NCBI GenBank assembly: GCA_950097015.1
Contig: CATNEN010000019.1
Span: forward strand, 153,929-217,928
Source of the DNA: Macrostomum hystrix
Taxonomy: Eukaryota; Animalia; Platyhelminthes
Direction: 5' to 3'
DNA length: 64,000 nucleotides
The notes under the pieces: model-generated
Told to the model about the DNA's origin: nothing
Seen by the model: only the letters and a program-made list of their open reading frames with translations
The model's database searches: none
Program-made: the position numbers and the translations under genes
Part shown: positions 8,246 to 20,763 of the stretch, piece after piece
Layout: each line of letters starts with the position of its first letter
How positions within the stretch are numbered: the first letter of the stretch is position 1

Positions 8246-11200
8246 CTAGCACAGAAAGTCTTCTCTAGTGTCGAAATGAGGCTCGAAACCATCCATCGTA
8301 TCGTAAGCTTCGGCCTTTTTGCACCAAGTATCGTGGATCACGCCTGTAGTGATCCTTATATATCACGATTCGTGCTGTTCGTATATATTAACCATTATAA
8401 ATCACTATGCACAAGACAATGTTAAAGACAGTGTTTTAAAACCCTAGTATAGGGCAGATAGGCTCTCATGAAACGTACCTTAATTTCGTATTTGTCTCAA
8501 GGACCTTCGTCATGTCATATACAACGAGTAGAGGTACAGGACACGTACCGTTTCTGAGAATTATAATAATTTGAAAATGTTCGCTTTAAAAGTTCCACTT
8601 CCTCTAATGATTTTTAAGTCCTGTGCCACTCATGCTCAGCAAGGGATACTCAAGTAGTTTATTCAAAATCCAGTTTTTGTCTATACGAATGAAAGTCACA
8701 CATCAATTGCCTAGCGACTCGCCACATATAAAGTTGAGGGCGCCACTGGTTTTAATTAAGGTATCGATTAAAATCACACAATGTGAGCAATTTTGTGAAA
8801 ACATTTTTCATTTTTTGTGTTTTTCAATAATTTTTTATGCATGCAGTAATTGTCTCGTGATTCGTCAGGCGTTCGTTAGGCGCCCACACTCATTGCTTTT
8901 CTGGTACTAAATCATTTTAGTCGCCGTGTGTTTATGAATAAGCGAAAAGCAAATAGATCTTGCCACAAATAGAACCAAATAGAAAGTGCCACATGGATCT
9001 AGTGACAAAGAACATGTATACTAATGGTTCATTCATTATGGGACGATTGAGTAACTGAATTCGCGCTTACTTCACATGCATTCATGAGGCATGAAAACTA
9101 AATATCGCTATTTAAAAACGCCATCGCTATTTATAGTTAACACATGGCAACTACAGCTTTCACAATGATGTTGGGCGGCAATCAGCGGCCAGTTGCGACT
9201 TCTAACATTAATGATGATGATAAAAAACTGCGAAGTGAATTAGAATTAATGTCTCAATTAGCACAGTTAAAGTTATTGGCTAAAAGTACGCATTTACGCT
9301 CGTACATGTTTAATCGAATGAGTTCCAAGACAGAGTCCACAAAGATGTTATAGTCATCTGTCTCTTTCGGCAGCAATTCAACATGCACATCGTCCAGCTC
9401 AGTCCACTGAAAATGGCAAAGGACGCATTATTTTCCCATAAAAGAAGTAATTAAGAAGTAAAGAAGAAATAAAATAAGTGGCACATGCAGTACTAATGAG
9501 TACTCACTGACGCGAAGATCGATTTCATAGGACAGCTCGCGCTTGCAGTTATTGACAGCCTCACAGTTGTAGATTCCAGCCATGTCCTTGGTCAGTCTCG
9601 TGAAGTCAAGCGTGCCAAGCACAGTGTAGCTGCCGACAGAATTGCGTTTGGTGACCCGGTTGCTTTCTTCCACGCCGACTTGGGGTAGGGCGGCCCAGTT
9701 GCGGCGCCAATTAATTGTGGGTCGGTCCATTCCCTCCGCAATGCAGGTCATGGTGACTGACTCGCCGACTCGTTTTTCCACCACTGCCCGAGCAGTTGGC
9801 ATAAGAAGACGTAGACCTGTAAAAATGCAATTAGGATTCACGGATGAGGGTCAATCAGCAAAAAAGGTAAAAAAGGAAACAACTGAGACACAAAGAACAC
9901 AGAAAATTATAAATTCACACGATCACTAACGCGGCCATTAAGAACTCTCACTCACACTGGCTCGGGTCGCAGACAAGCTCCTCGGTGCCACCGTCGCAGT
10001 CACTCTCTTTATCGCACTCGTAGTTGCGCTGGATGCACTTGTCTGAGCTTCGGGGGCAGCAAGTCTCTTCTGGCCGGCACCGGGTGCAAGAGTTCTCTTT
10101 GACTGAGCGGTGTGAAAATTCGCAGTGTGGCATTCAACAGTCAGCAAAAGCGTATCATCAAGTTTAAGCAAAGATACGGGCGTAGGAAAGTTTTTATCGA
10201 TTGGGAAATGGGCCGGAATTTTTCCCCTCCCCGCAACGAGCATTTCCCGCAGCAGTTTCCCTCGGCAAGCTTTCCCATCGAGATTTCCCGTCCCGGACAG
10301 TACAGTCTTTGCCCAACTTCTGGTATCTTGGCGTCGGCTAGAAATTTTCCTTGATCGATTAATTTCTAGACAGTTACGAGATGGTTCAGACTTTCGTGAG
10401 CAATGCTGCATTTAGGGAGTATGAATAGAAAACGACGAGGGTATTTGGTAGTAATGTTAGGTTTTTTAAATTACTTCGTAGTAGTACGAGTTGCCCAGAA
10501 AAGGCACAAAAACCTCTCGAATTTGTTACGTTAATGTTATTAATGTTACATTACTTAATGTTATGCATTGTTAAGTCTGTGACGTATCGGGGCTTGGCCC
10601 AAAGTAACGAATGCGAGGCTGAGTAGCGGTAGCACTTTTCTTTGACACAGTAGAACGATGGCGGTACAACACCGGCGATGATAGCTTCTAGTTTATTATT
10701 GATATGACTGAACTGATAGGGGTTCCGTTCGTTATCAGTCGGACCGCAATGGCAGTATTGGGAGTGCACTAGACGGCTATGCAACAAAATAGGTAACTAA
10801 ATTTAGCAATATGATGAAGTGGCGAGGATATCGATGTAGTGAAGGCTGCCCGAGCTAGGCGAGAATCCAAATGGCGATGATACCGAACAATAAACCGAGG
10901 CGAGAGAAAGGGTGACGATACTACCGTGGCGATGAAGCGGACTGTGGCGGTGGCGTGATCGAGCAGTGGCTATACTTCTGGCTGATGAGATACGAGACGA
11001 GAATTGGCGGAATGGAGAAGGCAGAGTGGCTCGCTACGACTCCAGAAACCTGGACAAACCCCGGGGGCAGCCAAACCAGCCTAGACTGATAACGAGCGGG
11101 CTGGGGTGGGTGCACGCGAGAAGCTTAATTTTGGCCACGCATAAAATATGCACAGCCCTCTCATTGGCTGGCACGGAAAAACACATTGGCATTACAGCCA

Positions 11201-14200
11201 GGCTCAAAATTATTGATTAAATTGTACGCAGGGTCCGGTCGCGTTAAGCAAATTTAGATGAATTCGTACTCTAACGTTTACTTAATACGCTCGTAGTACC
11301 GCGTAATTGAAAGAGAAAATAATGGGTTAAATTAAACAAACGTGTTATTGTTAAAGCGGCCTCCCTCGGGGTCACCAACACCTGACAACGTCACAAGTCG
11401 CTAGTTCTTTAGACTATTGAGATATTCACTGTCCGAAGGTCGGAATTTTCCCTTAAGTGCTAGTGTATTTCACACACCCCTATACACGAATTTGCACTGC
11501 GCCTCAGTGCGGCCTTGCCAGGCCTTCAAACTTTATCAGCTCGTCACCCGAATGTGCCTGCATCATCTCTGTCTTCGGTGGTCACCGACCTTTATCAAGA
11601 TGGACTACTAGACCTTAAAGGGCTAAAAACTGTGGAAATAGGCCAATATGGACACCCTGACGCGAATTTCTCCAATTCACTGCTGAAGTCTAAATATTAG
11701 GCGCAGGCGAACCATACCACACCATCACCTAGCCTGTCAACCATTGAGTCACCATCCAACGCTGTTAGCATTCAGGCTCTGCCAAAAAATTTCAGGGGGG
11801 AATTCTCCCCTTTGTATATAAAACGGGCGGAAAAATGGCTTTGTAGTTCTACTATTAAGAGGAAACTAAACGAAATACTAATACATTTGAAATGAGACAA
11901 AGCTTACTTACAACAGAACTTAAAGTGCAGAGACAGGTTCTCGTCATAGCCGTTTCCGCAGTCGTCTTGGCCATCACACAGCCAATGCTTGAGGACGCAG
12001 CGCTTGCTGGGGTTTTGACCATTGTGCATCTCGCACTTCACTTCGTTTGGCTCACACTCTGCGTCGGTTCGATAATAGATATTCACATGAACTTGTGTGC
12101 AAAGCAATCATATGTAGGCAAGGTACAGCTTGATCCCCCCTATAGATCATACCTGTATCACACCTTAGTCCTGCACTCAGCTCAGTCATGCACTTAGCTA
12201 GGTCACGGTACTTATTTCTCAGTTCAGCCTGTATTCAGCTCATTCCCGTACTTAGTCCTGTCACTCAGTCTGGGTTGTTAAGTTTCCCACGCTTCTAATT
12301 TCAGCCCAATCGAGTCCACAAGTGCAGTCAGTGTACTCACTGTCGCAGTACTCAGGCCTCTCATCAGCACCGTCGAAACAGTCAGCATTTTTGTCACACT
12401 TCAGGCTGGAATTCTTGCAAGTCTGATCACAGACGAATTGTGCACTCGTGCAGAACTGTAGGTTGCTGACGTTTGAACTATTGAAGTTGAGTTAGGATTT
12501 GGATCGAGAAAAATGCATAATTGAATGTATACACTACAATAAATGAATGAATGAAAGGCATTCATTTTTTACTGTAGCAAAAGGAGCACCATTACAAAAA
12601 AAATAAACATAAGTCAACGCAATATCGGACCTGAAATTGCTTCTGATTGGGCTAGTAGATCGGTAGAAACCCGCGAAGTTATAATTACAGCTATAGTTTC
12701 CACTGTCGCTAGGCCCAGCGTTTCGAAGAATGAAACGGAAAACCGTCGGGCTGACCATCTCCTGGCGCAGCTGAAGTCGTACATTATCCTTGAATAAGGA
12801 CACTCCGACTGGCTGGACAGCCCAGTTAAAGGGCACTCCGTTGAACTGGCACTCCAGGGTCACGTCGCGGCCTCCAAGGAACACCAGGCGAGGAGGATTT
12901 CTCTCACCCTCCACAATCAGGTCTAATGACACTAATATATAGAGAATTTGGAGATAAAAGGAACAGTGTTTACTCTTTCACGCGGATAAAAATGCACTAA
13001 GAGACTGGCAAAAGGTAATTTAAATCGATAAAAGACCCAGTCCTACCCATTCTAATGCTGGAATCAGTCTGTTAAGCTGAAGCAGTGAGGAAGTAAGTGT
13101 CTCGCACTATTTGACACCAAAATGTTTCTCCTGGACATGTATTTTAACCTCAGACCTGCTGGCAATGAGTCCAAAGCTAATAGCACTAGGCTGACATGCG
13201 GTGTGTGATATGGAAAGTGAGATATTACATGTACTTCATGTAGATGGTAGAGACGTACTAGTATATGCTGATTTATATATAAGCATATACTCGCGCCTTC
13301 TCCACCGCGCTGGGCAACTCCCAAACTGCCCAGTTGCAGATGCCCAAATGCCGACATCTGCGCCGCCATTCACTCCGCAGCGGAAAGCACGCTGCCACTC
13401 GTGCGACTCCCACAGCGCTCGCAACCAGTGTGGATGAGCGACCCAGCAATCAGAGAGGCCAAAGAGCGATTGCAACGACTTAGGAGGAGCAGGCGCGCAA
13501 CAGACGAGGCAGAAAATGCTCTTGCCACTGTCTACAAAGAGCAGCAGCTGGCTGCGGTGGGCGAGGCCATCCGTGCTGTCACATCCGCCGCCCCGGACAG
13601 GAAGAGCGGCACCGTCTGGACTGCCACTAACACCCTCACGCGGGCAGGAAACAGCGCTCGGCACTTAACCTGGCTGGGGACACACCAGAGGAGCGCAAGA
13701 ACAGCCTGCGGGACTTCTTCTCCAGCATAGTGAACGCGCCGCCTCCTGCACTCCCCGATGCACTCGCACTACCACCAGGCACATCGCTGCCGCCTCCACA
13801 CAAATTCTGCACCGGACATGTGACTGCAACCGACGTCTCTCAGCTCGCCAAGAACACACCAGGCGGCAAGGCTACGGGCCCCGACGAAATCCCAATCGAG
13901 GCGCTCAGAATGCCCAAGGTTGCCCAAGAGATAGCTCGGGTGATCAATGGTGTCCTCGACACAGGCATCGCACCTCCTGAGTGGACCCGAGCCCACATCG
14001 TCGGCATCGCATCCCCAAGAAGCCGGGCACAAACAAGATCGAAGAACACCGAGGCATCTCCTTAATGTCCTGCGCCGCCAAGCTGTATAACAAGTTGCTA
14101 CTGATGCGCTTGCAGCCTGTGCTGGACCCGTACCTGCGGCATGAGCAGAATAGGTTCCGGCCACGACGCGGCACTGTCACACAAATTCTGGCGCTCCGGA

Positions 14201-17200
14201 GAATCATCGAGGAATCGCGCATTCGCCAATCGGACCTTTTCTGTCTGTTTGTTGACTTCCTGAAGGCTTTCGATTTAGTGGCTCGAGGCGCGATACCACT
14301 GGTTCGCCGAGCCTACAATGTACCAGAAAAGCTGATCGCAGCAGTGATGGCGCTCTATCAAGACACGCTCGCCGTTGTGGTCACACCTGATGGCCTGTCT
14401 GACCCATTCACAACATCATCCGGAGTCCTGCAGGGAGACACCCTCGCTCCTTTCCTGTTCATCCTCATCCTGGACTGGGTGCTGCGGACAGGTCTACCGG
14501 ACAACTCAGACGGCTACATCCTATGCAGGCGAACAAGCAGCCGGCACCCAGAGAAGCGACTGGCAGTCCTAGGCTACGCCGACGACCTGGCCCTGTTAGC
14601 CTCCACCGCTGAAGGTGCCCAACGCCTGCTTGACGGCCTCGCTGCTGCCGCTGCAAGGGTTGGCCTCAAAATCAACGCCAAGAAGACGGAGGTCCTCACT
14701 GTGCCTGCCGACCTGCCAGCTGACATCCGTCTTCCCAGCATAGACAGCTCGACGGCAACATCCCTACCCCGGTGTGAGCAGTTCCGGTATCTTGGCGGTC
14801 TTGTGCCCAGTGTCCAAGAGGATTTGCAACGTCGCAGATGGCTCGCCTGGGAGGCTTTCCGCTCAGTTCGAGTCGTGCTTCAAAGCGACGCCCTGCCAGA
14901 TCTGCTGAGGACCCGACTGTTCCAGGCGGTTGTGGAAACCGTGCTTTTCTACAATGCCGAAACCTGGACCATGACGGAGGTGCTGCAACGTCAGCTGGAC
15001 GCAGCTCACTCCAGCCTGCTGCGCGCTGCCTTCAGCATCCACCGCCACACCGATCATGTCACAAACCAGGCCCTCTATCAACGGGCAAAGCTGAGCCCTC
15101 CAAGCGTGATCCTGCGACAACGGCGCCTGAAGCTGACGGGTCACGCTCTCCGCGCTGAGTCCTACTGCCCGGAGCCGCTGCAGGAGGTTTTGCTGCACAC
15201 GCAGCAGGGCCCATACCGGCGAGGTCAGGCGCGAACCCGGAGGTTCATCGACTGTCTGTTAGAAGACGCCAGGGCGCCCGATCAGGCAAATGGCGCTGCC
15301 TTCATCAGAGACTGCGGCAAGACGTGTTTTTTGACAATGCCCCCCTTTTCAGGCCACTTGTGGTCGGTGGACATTGTACTTATTGTATTGTATTGTATTG
15401 ATTTATATGCAGATTTTCAAGCTAGATGAATACGTTACCATATAAAATATTTTTTTATGTCAAGTCGAACCGACATTTACGAGCGATTGTTGGCGATTGT
15501 AGAGGTTTAAAGACATCCCAGAAATATTGTTTTTTGTATTCCTTCTATAAGCATTATTTTTCTTGTTAGCGTGATTGTACGAACGTACTTACCGTCAGGC
15601 GTTCCAACAGTGAGAATGTTGGATCGCAATTCCTGTCCCTCAAATGTGGCAACGCATAAGTACTGGACGAACATTCTGATCTTGTCAGTCCAGGTGTGAT
15701 AAAAGCGGTAGGCGTTTGTGGATATAGAGCCCACTGAATTCACTTGCCACCGAAGGGAGCCATTTTCGCTCAACACGTAGACCTTTATATCACTGTTAAA
15801 GGGCCGATCTCTCTCACATGATAGAATGTTGAACGAAGCACCAGTATTTACTACTGTCAAGGCTGAAATGGAACGATAAGGCACATAAGAGCAGTGATTC
15901 TTGACGATAGGTGCGACATGTGGAAACTGAAAACAAAAGAGATAAGTTCTGGTGCATAGAATCGCATGTTTAAAAAGTGACAAAATAAGAAGAAAAAGCG
16001 CAAAATGGATGGATGGGAGCAAGAGAAGCAATACAGTGAACATCAGCATTAAGTTTACTTGACTGGTCACGCAGTCTCTAGAAAAAGGAAGTGTAAATTT
16101 TGCTTAGTGTAAGTAACACGTGAACACCTTCAGCATTGACTCACTTAGTTTAGGTAGGACTGTCTTGATATTGGTGTAGTCGCTGCTCCCATAGAAGTTG
16201 CACACAAGCCTGGCGTTCTCCATGTCGTTCCGCTTGCTAAAGCGCAGAGCAAGGTTGCCAACGGAATCAAAGATTGTGGTGAACCCATCATCGGTGTAGC
16301 CGCCAAAGATTTTCAGTGGAGGTCGGCCGTCTCTATGAAGGATGAAGAAGGCCTGCTCTTTCATCGTCTTCTCCGGCAGCTGGCACACGATGTAGTTGCT
16401 TTGAGACATTGGATACAAGCCTTTGCTGTAGTCCTTAATGATAACCTCTGTTAATTTTGGTAAGGCTCCTTATTTCCGAGTGCAAATTATTTGTGTAAAA
16501 GCATACTGTAAAGCTATTGCACCAGTTTTATACTAAGGTAGTTGACAAAGAAATCGAACATTTAGACTGATTATTTCAAATGAGTCAGAGCACTGATTTA
16601 CCTCCATAGTTGACGCTGATCTTTACTGTGTGGTTGATATTGTCCTTGTCGCACTTGTAGTAGCCGGAATATTTAGGCATCATGCGCGGAATATTAAGCG
16701 TAGACAAAGTTGCCAGGTACTTGATCTCCAGTTCCGGTGGCGCGTCAACTACCGGGCTGTATGAGTCTGAACCGTCGGCCTTAAACATCCAGTTGGGCTG
16801 TTTGATGACTGTTGTGGATCCGTTACCGTGGCACTCTAGTGTGATTGGCGCTAGGTAGCGAACATTATACGGTAGGGGCGTATTCTCGTAGTTCGATGCC
16901 CGCACGGGACCTTTAAAAGCATTGAAAAGGATGGATCAAAGATGGTGTCCGTGATCAAAACAGTTAGGACACATTTTAGAAAGTCCGTGATTAAGTTTTA
17001 ATTAAGAAATCGTCTGATAAAATATTTACTCACGAATTTGCAGATTCTCTGAGTACATGGCCCAACTGTACTGTATATTCTCCGGGTTGCGCCGACTGTA
17101 ACACCGGTAGATAGTGAATCCCTTACCGTGCTCGCGGGACAGGGCAGTGTAGGTCATGCGCACTATGCGGCCCTCAGATGAGTATTCAAAGAGACCAGAG

Positions 17201-18687
17201 TTGTCGCGGTAGCTGCTCAATGAGATGGGAGTGCAGGGAGTGCAGTGTGTGTGATTTGCCATTTTAGCATATTCAGAGAAGTGATACAATCTGGGAGACT
17301 TAAAGTGCCAAAGCAGCAGAGAAGATTGATTCGATAGAAAGGATTTTCAGATCAGATAAGAGAGGAAAAAAGTTTTTAACTAAAATACTATACAATGAAT
17401 GTGTAGACAGAGCCAGAGATTAAAAAACGTATAGAAGAACAACATAGCTCGTACTCGTATATTAAAGGAAAGCTTTTCGGCATCGAAATTCGGACTTCTG
17501 TGCAAGACTCACGATTCCCAGACGAGATCATTGCTTTCAGGAACTCGGCAATAGGATTCGAACACGTCCTCGCCATGGGCAGTTCCGACGCGCTTGATGT
17601 CACTGTTGGGAATCTGATCCTGGCTTGGCTCTAGGAATGGGCAATGTACAGAATGACACGGCGGCTGAAAATTCCGTACATTATAAAGCATTCAGAACAA
17701 ACAATATAATCAGCTTTACGCTTGGCTGAGTCATTGACAGCCGAAATGAGTAATCACAGTGCTTAAAACTTGAGGAGCTCCTGCGAAAATCTCGGTGGAC
17801 CATAGAATTAAACTATATCGATCCACATAGCGCTGATGCCATGAAAGCTACACCTGAGCGTCAACTGAGCTCGGAGCGTACAGACACTCGTACTTTCTAC
17901 TCGTTAACCTTGACCATTCCATGCGAATTTCAGTCCCCAAAAGCGTTTGAACGTGTGCCCACCAGCAATATGGGCAGGCAGGCAGGCAAAATATTAAATG
18001 GACATTTCAGTAAGGCGTCAGCCCATGAATTCGTCTTGCTGTTGACCTGGTTGCAGCGATTCACTTCCTCCAAACTAAACATTCCCCCCCACCATGGGAT
18101 TTAACTTACCCTAAATAAATCCCTAAACAAGCAACTAATCTCCTATGGATCTCCAAAAACATTCCGCCCAAAAATCGGGTAACTAAAAGTTAGTATTCTT
18201 GCGCGACTGGGAAGCGAGTTTTTCTACAGAAACTTCGTGAGTTACCATGCAGCATATGAGCACTACAAAATGTTTGTAACAGACCAAACAGCAGTTCAGC
18301 AGTCTGTGGGCTCTATTGAAATACTTGCAACTCACTTTCCGTCAAAACGATAGAATATGCGTTTACATTGCCACTCTCCAGATAAAGGCAATGATAGGCG
18401 CCTAGCCGCTGTCGGCGCATTCTTTGAAGATCGTTGAAGTCGCCCCTGGTGTAACTGAGATCCACAGTGAATGATGGGCTACTACTAACGAAGTTTTTGC
18501 CCTCACGGTCAGAAACGCCAATGAATCCGTTGCGGTTGGAACAGTTAAATGACTTGGAGCTGTCAGTGCTGATGTTGACTTGCACTAGGGTGTCTCCAAT
18601 ATAGCGCGTTATAGTTGGAAGCGTCTGAGCTGTCGCAGTCGTAATCAGGGCTACGAGCAGCAAAAACAGCGGCGCCAGTTTTAGCAT
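8246..18687 (-). CDS. Secreted multi-Ig / 3x LDL-receptor class A protein (perlecan/UNC-52 N-terminus-like), about 920 aa, 13 exons
   Basis: Signal peptide MLKLAPLFLLLVALITTATA. Phase-compatible GT-AG exons: 18687-18336, 17630-17514, 17212-17034, 16910-16612, 16447-16145, 15862-15593, 12922-~12630, 12477-12341, 12058-11912, 10102-9956, 9816-9512, 9406-9298, 8343-8246. LDLa motifs CDKNADCFDGADE, CDGQDDCGNGYDE, CDKESDCDGGTEE; Ig motifs VTLEC...DSGNYSC and VTMTC..W...MAGIYNC. No transmembrane segment seen. The donor of exon 7 is uncertain. Confidence 0.75.
13279..15398 (+). mobile_element. 5'-truncated RTE/RTEX-like non-LTR retrotransposon in an intron, antisense to the host gene
   Basis: RT motifs GVLQGDTLAPFLF and LGYADDLALL. 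Upstream linker split by a stop (~13730) and a frameshift (~14030). (ATTGT)n 3' tail. Candidate TSD TGATTTATAT at 13269-13278 and 15399-15408. Confidence 0.88.
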
Positions 18688-20763
18688 GTTTTCAGCTGGA
18701 TTCTACAATGCTTCATGATATCATAATCAACTGATGTAGCATTAGCTTCGCACTTTCAACTGATAATTCGAGAAACCATCGAATATAAGACCGCAATCAC
18801 TAATTGATTGCGGTGTAAAAATTTGCGTATAATTAATATACGGCTCGTACAGTCTATAGAAAAAATCGTATAAAAGGGGTAAAGGCGATTACGTTTATAT
18901 TTAAATCAAGGTATCATTCAGACCGACGACAACGCTAAAACAATGACTTAAATTACCCACCGAAGCTTGGGCTCGTTCTCAATGGCGGTATGCTCTCGTA
19001 GTGCTCTATATACTTACTTTAAAAAATTTCGCACACAGGCTTGAATAAACGTCTTTTTAAGTACCGTAAAAATATTAGCTATATTTCTTTTCTGTTGTCT
19101 AACAGTTACAGCTAATTACGAATAAGCGAAAATGGACCGAAGCCGAGTGATCGTGTAACTCACCAGCAAATAATTTGCTTGATTCTCCCGTGCAAGAGAA
19201 TTAAGACTAAAACTGACTGGGCACACGTTTTTGGTTTTATATACATTTGGGCTCAAAAGAGTTAGTTATCTTTCCACTTCCGAGGCAAGTCTAGGTCAGG
19301 TGCAGCCAGAGTGTCGCACGCCTCAAGCAAAGATTAGGTCAAAGGAGCCGCTCTAAGTTAGCGTTTGCTGGTACAGGCAACCGAACTAACTGATTGTTTC
19401 AGCAAAACAGAATGCACAGTGCAATACAATGGCCATTCCAAGATAACGAATTAATATATCCAAGTGACAAGACAGCATAAAGTAATCCAGCTATGAATGA
19501 TCTTGCAAACACAACCAGTCCCGCAACTCATTTATTTCAGACACCAGAGATTATGGCTCCCAAGGTTCGTTATCGCAGCAGGTGCGTCTTGCATGATCGT
19601 TCAGCCTTTGCTGGGTAAAAAATAAACACAAGACAGTTCTATATTCGGCTGGATATCATTGTGGTTATTCAAGGTTATCCAAGCTCAAAGCATAAGAGCG
19701 TAATGACATATTGCATGATATCAGCTATCAGTAGCTTTTCATTTCGTGATGTTTCACTCTCTAATCAAATCTAAATTAACTTCCCTGTTTTTTTTACAAG
19801 CCTCCAATGTCGCTGTAAAGAAAAACAGCATATTCTCAAATCATCAGTGAAAATAAACAAACAAATCCATGGTTATGAAGTTCACTTCGATTTTTGTAAA
19901 CTCAAAGTACCCAGAAGTTACACAAATACGAGAAGCAGTAAAAGTGTAAGAGCTAAAACTCATAGATGAGCTCAATAAAAGTGTTAACGCAAGATCTAGT
20001 TTTATTTTTTTCGAACCTATACGAACATTATAAAACTTATTGCAACGACTAAATACGAGAGGTTGCAAAAACCAACACAAAAAATATTAGAACTACGAAT
20101 ACTTTGTAGGGGAAAAGTGATAATGACATACAGTTGGACAATCTTAAAAGCCGGAAAATATTTTGATCGACCAAATTATCCCAGATGTTTAGCTCATTTC
20201 AGATACAAATTTACGATTTAATCTACGTAAGTCGGCCTGAGGGTCTCCCTAAGTAAGGAGCCTACTGGGACATCGTAAAATTGAATTACTTGAAACAGCG
20301 AAGCATGACAAAATTATTAAGAGGAAACTAAACGAAAGAAAAACATGAATACATTTCAAATGAGACAAAAGCAAAGGCTAATTGAAACTTAAATATAGCA
20401 GACAGGCATTTACCAACTATATCAGAAGTCTATATCTGGGTAATCAAAAGTGTTAAAATAGTATAGATCTAAGAAACAGAGATTATATGCAGCATATCTA
20501 CAGCACGACTTAGGTACAATGTAACATTAATTCCTCTCAGAGGTATAAAATAAAAAGCTATTTTAAAGCTATTTGAGTAATAACAGCCTCCGGAACAGTA
20601 AAAGTTGCGCTTACTAAAACAAAAGCATACATATTTACAGATGAAAAAGGTATTCGTACTCACAGTATTGAAAATGTTTAAAAGAAAAAACTTATAAGGC
20701 ATAACAAGCAATACTATACGCTTAATGCATCCTGTCTTCAGATAGGGCCTCATGCAGAAACTG

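Noticed and set aside
10921-11220. Small intronic ORFs in the Ig/LDLa gene
   Set aside because: No domain similarity, and the flanking exons already join in phase without them.
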